A stretch of 64,000 nucleotides of DNA from Candidatus Poribacteria bacterium (GTDB taxonomy: Bacteria > Poribacteria > WGA-4E > WGA-3G), in contig JAJEET010000039.1 of NCBI GenBank assembly GCA_022820835.1, forward strand, positions 702-64,701. Direction: 5' to 3'. Shown piece after piece: positions 28,351-35,277 of this stretch (positions within the stretch are counted from its first letter, which is position 1; the number at the start of each line of letters is the position of its first letter). Both the position numbers and the translations under genes were made by a program. The notes below the pieces were generated by a model. The model was given only the letters and a program-made list of their open reading frames with translations, did not search any database and was not told the origin of the DNA.

Positions 28351-31080
28351 ATGGCAGACGTGTTTTGTTCAAAATGCGATGTCGGTTGGGTAATTTACTC
28401 ACATGATAAGCATTGCGGGTATTGCGGGTGTAAAATCTTTGATTTTGAAGTGAGATGGGAAGAAGAGCCGTTGCTTTACGTAGGTGATGGAGCGGATATC
28501 TATGACCGAACTATTTTCGTAGAAAACACTGGGGCCTATCCGATTACATTCCATCCAATTCAAACGATAAGAGATGATACAATTCTATTTCCACAGCCGA
28601 ATGACAGTCCTTTTGAAGTCAAGGCTGGTAAATTCCGCGCTGTTCCGATTCAGGTGAAATTGGCAAATTTAGAACGGGCTCACGAAGTTATCACTGTGCG
28701 AGTACAGGATGCACCATCGGATTTTGAAAACGAAAAATCATTGTGTCTTAAGACTTTGCCAGATCCTGAATTTAAACTGACTCCGGATCCTATAGAAGTT
28801 CGTTATCGAAGAGGAATAAAAAAGACAACGGTAGACCTCCACCTTGAGGTGCTGCAAGGTGAGTTTTATATCAGTGATATTAAAGTCAAACAGGGATCTG
28901 TTCTTCGTGTTGGTTATTCCAAAGACCTCCATAAAAAAAACAGCGTATCCAAAAAACTCCTGTTAGAGCTCGACTGCAACCAACTCAGTGATGAATTGAG
29001 TATGGTAAAACTAAATTTTGAAATTCGAGACTTACCTCAGCCTATTGAAAAGCGAATTGAGATCCGAAGAGAGGTAGTACCAGATCCACCAAAACTATTC
29101 GTTCCACAAATGAATCTGGACATCACACAGGATCGTACGAAAACACACATCTTAACGCTTCAGAACAGAGGCGAACGTCCGTTGACAATCCAAGATATTA
29201 TATTCAATAGTCCTTCCAATTTAGTCCAGCTGCCAGACCTTGAGTTCCCTATAAAAATTGAGAGCGGAAAACATCAGAATATTGAATTGCAGGTTTCTGC
29301 GGAAGGTATTGAACCCGAGACTTATCCCATTAACTTTAACATCAACTCCAATTGTGAAGATGCCTCAGAATATGAAGATGTCCTAAATGTAAAGGTTAAT
29401 AAGCTAGAAGAGTATCCACATTATCTCGCTATTGATTTTGGCACAACGAATTCGTGTTGCGCGTATATTGATTTGGATACATACAAACCGAAACTCATTC
29501 CGTTAGATACTAAAGCGAACCCGCCCGAAATTATGCCTTCAACAATTGTTTATCACAGTAAGCCGACGAATGGGAAAACACATCACGTCGGATATGATGC
29601 AGAGAACTTTCGAACAAGTGAAATTGACGGTCCTTATTATATCACTTCTGTCAAGCGTTGGTTAGGATATGAATGGGGACGACACTTTCCAGACAATCAA
29701 AATATACAACCCTGTGATGTGGTTGCGGATATCTTTACCCATATTATTCAACAGGCGGAAAAGTATTTGGATACTTTTACGACTCAATCAAAAGTTAACA
29801 AATGTATAGTTACCTATCCGACAATGTTTCCGCATGAGCAACGGGCGGACTTGAGACGCGCATTTGAGAAAATTGGCATTGACGATGTTATCCTCATTGA
29901 TGAGGGGTCGGCAGCTTCTATCGCAACAGTTTTTCAAAGACGTGTAAAAGACACCTCAAAGGATTATAGAATGCTTGTTTATGATTTTGGAGGTGGGACT
30001 ATTGACATTGTCCTATCGCAAGTCAGTAACAATGATGGAGAAATAAAATTTGAACCGCTTGCCAGTGGGGGAAACCCCAGATACGGTGGTGAGGATGTAA
30101 CACATGCAATTGTTAAAGATATTTTGGAAAGACTAAGTACCGAAATTCGGCGTGTAAATCCAAATCTCAGTTTTGAGATTCCTTATTTTGATTCAAGAAA
30201 AACATCTATACCTTTTGAAAAGACAAGTATTGATAGAGCAAGACTATTTAATTCAGTTATATTGTATAGTCAGGCGGAAAGGATAAAAAAAGAACTCGGC
30301 GAAAAATCAGAAACGACAGGATCTTTTCCTATAGAGGTTGTTGTTGGAAATGACACACGATCGCTTGAAAATCTAACTCAAGGCGATACTACCGTGCAGT
30401 TGTCAACGCAGCAGTTGCAGAAAATTATCAAACCTGGATTAAGTAAAACCTTTGATGATATTGACGCAATGATAGAAGCCAATGACGCCCGCTTGCCTGA
30501 CATTGTTATTCTTGCAGGTCAATCCTCAAAAATGCGTGCTGTTAAACAGATGATGCATACCCATTTCCAAAATAAGTACGGAAGAAGTGTTGACGTTCAG
30601 CTGGGGGATCCGCCTAAAGAATGCGTTGTGCTGGGTGCTGCGGAATATGGTCGGCACCATATAGTACCGGATGATGATGGGGACTGGATAAATTATGCCG
30701 ATTTGTCAAATATAACACACTCACGGTTGGGTATCGTTAAAATTAGAGGACGGCAACCGATTTTTAGCGAGATTATTCCCAAAGGGAAACGAATACCTAA
30801 TAATAGTCGGAATACGGTAGACTTTCCGCTTCGCTCACAGGAAACTTATATTGATGTCCACGAGCATTTCGGCACGGATGATGATTTGGCAAACAGTTCG
30901 CAAGTTGCCAGTTACACACTCACGTTACCAGAAAATGTAACGAAGGAAGAATTACAGAAGGCGCGTTTAGAGATGTCCATCAAAGCTGACGGTGAGATTG
31001 AATTGATTGCACTTGTAGGTGGTAAAAAATATGATTCAACTGTGAAAAAGAAGAAACCGCCATTTGTAGACAAAATTTAA
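28351..31080 (+). CDS. Zinc-ribbon + tandem beta-sandwich (PapD/ASH-like) + Hsp70 (DnaK-like NBD and SBD-beta) fusion protein
   Basis: Zn ribbon CSKCDV...HCGYCGC. Hsp70 motifs are LAIDFGTTNSCCAY (phosphate 1, from about 29419), VYDFGGGTIDIVLS (phosphate 2), VILAGQSSKMRAVKQMM and ECVVLGAAEYG. The C-terminal SBD-beta-like part reads RLGIVKIRGRQPIFSEIIPKGKRIP...ARLEMSIKADGEIELIA. No helical lid is evident. Confidence 0.85.
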   Translation: MADVFCSKCDVGWVIYSHDKHCGYCGCKIFDFEVRWEEEPLLYVGDGADIYDRTIFVENTGAYPITFHPIQTIRDDTILFPQPNDSPFEVKAGKFRAVPIQVKLANLERAHEVITVRVQDAPSDFENEKSLCLKTLPDPEFKLTPDPIEVRYRRGIKKTTVDLHLEVLQGEFYISDIKVKQGSVLRVGYSKDLHKKNSVSKKLLLELDCNQLSDELSMVKLNFEIRDLPQPIEKRIEIRREVVPDPPKLFVPQMNLDITQDRTKTHILTLQNRGERPLTIQDIIFNSPSNLVQLPDLEFPIKIESGKHQNIELQVSAEGIEPETYPINFNINSNCEDASEYEDVLNVKVNKLEEYPHYLAIDFGTTNSCCAYIDLDTYKPKLIPLDTKANPPEIMPSTIVYHSKPTNGKTHHVGYDAENFRTSEIDGPYYITSVKRWLGYEWGRHFPDNQNIQPCDVVADIFTHIIQQAEKYLDTFTTQSKVNKCIVTYPTMFPHEQRADLRRAFEKIGIDDVILIDEGSAASIATVFQRRVKDTSKDYRMLVYDFGGGTIDIVLSQVSNNDGEIKFEPLASGGNPRYGGEDVTHAIVKDILERLSTEIRRVNPNLSFEIPYFDSRKTSIPFEKTSIDRARLFNSVILYSQAERIKKELGEKSETTGSFPIEVVVGNDTRSLENLTQGDTTVQLSTQQLQKIIKPGLSKTFDDIDAMIEANDARLPDIVILAGQSSKMRAVKQMMHTHFQNKYGRSVDVQLGDPPKECVVLGAAEYGRHHIVPDDDGDWINYADLSNITHSRLGIVKIRGRQPIFSEIIPKGKRIPNNSRNTVDFPLRSQETYIDVHEHFGTDDDLANSSQVASYTLTLPENVTKEELQKARLEMSIKADGEIELIALVGGKKYDSTVKKKKPPFVDKI

Positions 31081-31136
31081 GTGGAAGTTGACATTAATCC
31101 AGTATTGATTGTTATATTCCTGACAACGGATTTCCT

Positions 31137-32387
31137 ATGCAGAAAATCGTATGTATCATTGATCTCTCCGCTATCGAAATTCAGATTGGTGTTTTCACTG
31201 AAAAGAAATTTAAAATCATCCGTCCGGCACTCCCATGGAAGGTTGGATTTCGGCAAGTAACCGATGGTACATTAGTTTCTTGTTTTGGGGAAATGTTGGA
31301 TCGACTTGATCCAGACAATCCCGCGGAAGTTCGGTTCACAGACTTGGATGTGAAATTCAAGGAAATTACAGATGAAAAAACCTTAGAATGCTTATTTAAC
31401 GCATTTTTTCAGGAGATTTTTCATCGGAGGTTATCTGAACACGAATATTCTATGGATGCTATATCGGTATATGTTATTACACCGTTCGAGTGGAAACCCG
31501 TACACCGTCAACAGTTCAGGAAAGCATTCAAGCGTTTAAATAGCAAAATGCCGGTTTCATTTCTCAAGACATCAAATGTGACACTCCGGGGTGTACTCAG
31601 CCAGATTCTATGCCTTTCTGCCTATTATCAGAAGACGTGGATTAATATACTCACAGACCCAAACAAATGCCATCTGTTTCTGGTAGATTTTGCACGGAAC
31701 GATTTTGTAGTCTATCATACGATTTGTAATCAACTGGAAGACAGTATTATAGTTGAATTAACCGATATACTGCGGTTTATTGACTTCTTTATGGATATAG
31801 ATAAAAAGGTTTCAGATGTGCAAAAGATGTTTCAACAGGTTGAGGAGGGGCAGCACGTTGCAATTGGTTTTTCTGGCAGAATTGACGATACTGCTCTAAA
31901 GTTCATTGAATTGTTGCGAGCGCGACACAGCGCAACATTTCTTGAACCGCAGGAGACCGCAACACTTTTGGGTGGGGCAGAATTGGTTAGGTACTTTGAA
32001 GAAGAAAACCTTGAAAAACCACTTCACTTTATCTATAATTATTGCTTCGGTGTGCAGTTACCTGATGGAAAAAATGTTGATTTTGTCCCAAATACATGGA
32101 CACCCCCCTATCATCGTAAAAAAGCCTTTCGTGTCACGGGGGACGTTAAAGAATTCAATGTCCATCTTTACTGCGGCTTATCCATGACGACTAACAGCGA
32201 TGTCCATCATCTCGCGACACTTAAGATTGTCCCGCGGGAGAATAAAAAATATACATTGAACAGCCCGATGGAATTTATACTTTCTGTTACCTTGAATGAT
32301 GCTACGCATGGTACATTTGCTTTACATCTTCCAAATTCACAAGGGGCGCAATCGGTTGGATTTACTATACCAGTTTTGATGGACTAA
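31137..32387 (+). CDS. Degenerate Hsp70-like paralog (predicted pseudo-ATPase)
   Basis: Collinear with Hsp70 but with eroded motifs: IIDLSAIEIQIGVF (vs DLGTTNS), LFLVDFARNDFVVY (vs DLGGGTFD), VAIGFSGRIDDTAL (vs LVGGSTRIP) and ATLLGGAELV. The SBD-beta-like C-terminus reads YCFGVQLPDGKNVDF...EFILSVTLNDATHGTFALHL. Confidence 0.5.
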   Translation: MQKIVCIIDLSAIEIQIGVFTEKKFKIIRPALPWKVGFRQVTDGTLVSCFGEMLDRLDPDNPAEVRFTDLDVKFKEITDEKTLECLFNAFFQEIFHRRLSEHEYSMDAISVYVITPFEWKPVHRQQFRKAFKRLNSKMPVSFLKTSNVTLRGVLSQILCLSAYYQKTWINILTDPNKCHLFLVDFARNDFVVYHTICNQLEDSIIVELTDILRFIDFFMDIDKKVSDVQKMFQQVEEGQHVAIGFSGRIDDTALKFIELLRARHSATFLEPQETATLLGGAELVRYFEEENLEKPLHFIYNYCFGVQLPDGKNVDFVPNTWTPPYHRKKAFRVTGDVKEFNVHLYCGLSMTTNSDVHHLATLKIVPRENKKYTLNSPMEFILSVTLNDATHGTFALHLPNSQGAQSVGFTIPVLMD

Positions 32388-32423
32388 AACCATGTTCACC
32401 ACAGGTTATACAAGGGAAACGCA

Positions 32424-33629
32424 ATGTCTTATTTCAGATTTATATTATTCTTCACATTAATACTATTGGGTTTTGTTTCAATTGGGTTTTCACAAGGAGA
32501 CGGAGACCAACTAGACATTGAACCAGTTTTATCGGAATCTCTGCTTTGGACTGTGTTAATCGTTCTCGTGATACTTGCAATCCTTGCTTTGGTCGTTTTT
32601 TTCGTTGTTAAAATGGTTAGGCGATGGAAAGCAATGTGGCAAAAAACACAGGTATTATCTACAGACATAAATCATCTTACTCATGAATTAAATGGAAAGT
32701 TGGATACTATTCAGAAAATTAGCACCGGAAACGCCAACAAATTTAAAGAAATAGAATCAATACAAGCATCAGTTCAAAAAGACCAGGAAAGTATACAATT
32801 TGATATTGGGCAAATAAGAAACTATATCAGCCAAGTTAGCACGTATTTGGAAGAATTACATTCTAATAGAAGCGTTGATGTAGATGATACAAGGGTCTCA
32901 ATTGATTATCCTCTTGAAGTGCAAAAAGCAGTCCAATCGGCAAAAAATCGGGTATTGAAAATAGCAAAGGCTTACGAAAATGGCGAACCGATGGAATTAG
33001 TTGGTGTTGATAGCCCAACACCAAGTCAGAATGTGTTGATAATTTTAAATTCAATGGCGTATGATTTAGGTGAATGGAAAGCAGAAATAGAACAATCCGC
33101 GACAGCTAATTCCGAATTTGTAGATATTTTAACAAACGCAGAAAGTGACATCAGAGATAGGCTTAAACGCATTCGCAGTAAATCTCCAATTTCGCCTATA
33201 CCTCTTGATGTAAAAACTGATGTCAACACAGAAATTGAACTGAATCATATCCGCAATCAGTGTATTGCTTATGCTGCCTATTTTGAGGGAGTGCTTACCG
33301 GATATGAACTGACATATAAGGTTGATGAGGAGGAATATAACCAATTTATTCCACAATTTATCAGGTATCGCCTGTTTAATGAGGTTGCAGATTTTGTGCC
33401 CTTTGAAGATTTGCCTGAAAAAATGGAAAGATTTTTAAGGTTTTTAGATTATGAAGTGGTTCCTATTGAAATAGAGATAACGAAAGCTGATTCACATGTA
33501 CATGATATACGGGAATCAAGGCAATCTAACGGCGAACCTGGAACTGTCATTGAGATCGTTTCCCCAGGTCTTAGGCGTATAGCAGACGGTGAAATTGTTC
33601 AAAAACCGGTGGTCATCCGCGGAGAATAA
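32424..33629 (+). CDS. Membrane-anchored coiled-coil protein with a GrpE-like C-terminal domain
   Basis: Two N-terminal hydrophobic segments followed by RRWK, then a long coiled-coil region. The C-terminus ADSHVHDIRESRQSNGEPGTVIEIVSPGLRRIADGEIVQKPVVIRG mirrors the GrpE beta-domain pattern (FDPxxHeA...gtVvev.q.GY.l.gr.lRpA.V.V). Confidence 0.6.
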   Translation: MSYFRFILFFTLILLGFVSIGFSQGDGDQLDIEPVLSESLLWTVLIVLVILAILALVVFFVVKMVRRWKAMWQKTQVLSTDINHLTHELNGKLDTIQKISTGNANKFKEIESIQASVQKDQESIQFDIGQIRNYISQVSTYLEELHSNRSVDVDDTRVSIDYPLEVQKAVQSAKNRVLKIAKAYENGEPMELVGVDSPTPSQNVLIILNSMAYDLGEWKAEIEQSATANSEFVDILTNAESDIRDRLKRIRSKSPISPIPLDVKTDVNTEIELNHIRNQCIAYAAYFEGVLTGYELTYKVDEEEYNQFIPQFIRYRLFNEVADFVPFEDLPEKMERFLRFLDYEVVPIEIEITKADSHVHDIRESRQSNGEPGTVIEIVSPGLRRIADGEIVQKPVVIRGE

Positions 33630-33635
33630 CGCACA

Positions 33636-34688
33636 ATGTACACCAGACTCCTGATTGTCCTTCTAATCAGTGGATTTCTTATCAGTGCGGATGCTTTTGC
33701 AGAAGATGCCTTGAGTTTTGTACAGATTGTAGAGGGCATGACTCAGCAACGCCCGTCCAATACTCGCCAAACAATCGGACGGCGGTATGTGTGGAATTTT
33801 AAGAGAAGACCCTACACCGTCCTAATGACAATTGATCTGGAAAAATATAATTCATACTCCGGCAAAGAACGCTACGATATTCCCAAATTGGTTGAAGAGG
33901 GTAGAACAACTATTGGCAATCTAACGCGTGAGTTCCAACGTATCTTCAAACAAAATCGCAACTGGAATCGGCAGGACCGTGTTGATTTTGTCTTAAGCTT
34001 TGTCCAATCTTTGCCTTACACGTTTGATGACGTGACGACAGGTTATGATGAATTTAGAAGGTATGCCGTTGAAACACTGATTGAAGGCGGTGGCGACTGT
34101 GAAGATACGACGATCTTGGTGGCGGCTATTCTGCGTGGGTTAGGCGAAAAGGCCGCCCTGATTTTTACGCCCGGACACATTGCGATCGGTGTCAGTGGAG
34201 ATTTCACAGGATCATCGCTGACTTACAACGGTATCAAATACTTCTATTGCGAAACGACTGGAACGGGTTGGACCGTTGGTAAACTCCCGGCATCTGTCGG
34301 TAAAACTGTAGAGGCAATTGTCCCTTTAAGTCCTTCTAAGGTAGGTCCTGCACCGAAACCTGACAAGGTAACGACACCGACACCAGAAACGGATCCGACA
34401 CCCGTTATACCAGAACCTACACCAGAACAGCCACCTATCCAACCGGAGCCAGAACCGATAAAACCAAAACCTGAACCAGAACCCGAAAAGTCTAAACCTC
34501 CCAAAAAAGACACCTCAGAAACAGGTAGCACTGTGGGCATGGTGCTTGCAACGCTCTTTATACTTGTCGGTTTGGGAATACCCATTGCGTATATAGTCTA
34601 CCGTTTTGTCTTTGCAGATAACGATGATGACGATGATGACATATACTATGACGATACGCCAGAGTCAACAAATCCGTTAGACTGGTAA
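33636..34688 (+). CDS. Secreted transglutaminase-like/papain-fold cysteine protease-like protein with a Pro-rich linker, C-terminal TM and acidic tail
   Basis: Signal peptide ...SADAFA. Core GGGDCEDTTILVAAILRGLG (Cys codon 34098-34100) ... TPGHIAIGV ... YCETTG. The PxP linker spans about 60 aa. TM segment VGMVLATLFILVGLGIPIAYIVY. Tail ADNDDDDDDIYYDDTPESTNPLDW. Confidence 0.6.
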   Translation: MYTRLLIVLLISGFLISADAFAEDALSFVQIVEGMTQQRPSNTRQTIGRRYVWNFKRRPYTVLMTIDLEKYNSYSGKERYDIPKLVEEGRTTIGNLTREFQRIFKQNRNWNRQDRVDFVLSFVQSLPYTFDDVTTGYDEFRRYAVETLIEGGGDCEDTTILVAAILRGLGEKAALIFTPGHIAIGVSGDFTGSSLTYNGIKYFYCETTGTGWTVGKLPASVGKTVEAIVPLSPSKVGPAPKPDKVTTPTPETDPTPVIPEPTPEQPPIQPEPEPIKPKPEPEPEKSKPPKKDTSETGSTVGMVLATLFILVGLGIPIAYIVYRFVFADNDDDDDDIYYDDTPESTNPLDW

Positions 34689-34778
34689 TTATTTGTAGGT
34701 TGTAGAGAACGGTGGAAAATTCGCTGTATGGCAAAAAAACAATAGGTTAGGAAACCATACCTACGTAGTTGAACGAGA

Positions 34779-35273
34779 ATGACCGCTCAGGAAAAAATAA
34801 GACTTACATGGCTCGTGAATATCGCTGTGGTATGTTTAGGTTTAGGTATTATGCTGCCGGTTATGCGAATTGATGCGAACGATGGCACTATCCGCGGATT
34901 TATCATGGCGTTTATCACACCTGGACCTTCAAGTTATTCGATTTTGAGTAGCGTCTGGGCATTGATAAAGAAAGGTATTGTCATGGACGTTATACTTGGG
35001 AGCATTATCTTTCTTTTTTCGGTTGTTTTTCCAATCTTGAAGTTAGGCGTGTTCTATCATACACTCAGTGGTGGTACACCGAACAGAGGTATTTCAGCAT
35101 TCGTTCACAAATGGGGTCGGTTTTCGATGCTTGATGTCTATATCGTCGCTATATTGATACTGACAATCAGGAGCCTCCCCGGTGGTGCACAGATTGAGCC
35201 GAGTTGGGGACTATTGCTCTTTACAATCTCGGTCGTTCTCAGCCTTTACATTTCATCACGCCTTGAGGCATAG
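34779..35273 (+). CDS. PqiA-like integral membrane protein (single-repeat)
   Basis: PqiA-family patterns: SILSSVWALIKKG, IIFLFSVVFPILKL, WGRFSMLDVYIVAILIL and EPSWGLLLFTISVVLSL. Confidence 0.6.
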   Translation: MTAQEKIRLTWLVNIAVVCLGLGIMLPVMRIDANDGTIRGFIMAFITPGPSSYSILSSVWALIKKGIVMDVILGSIIFLFSVVFPILKLGVFYHTLSGGTPNRGISAFVHKWGRFSMLDVYIVAILILTIRSLPGGAQIEPSWGLLLFTISVVLSLYISSRLEA

Positions 35274-35277
35274 ATTT

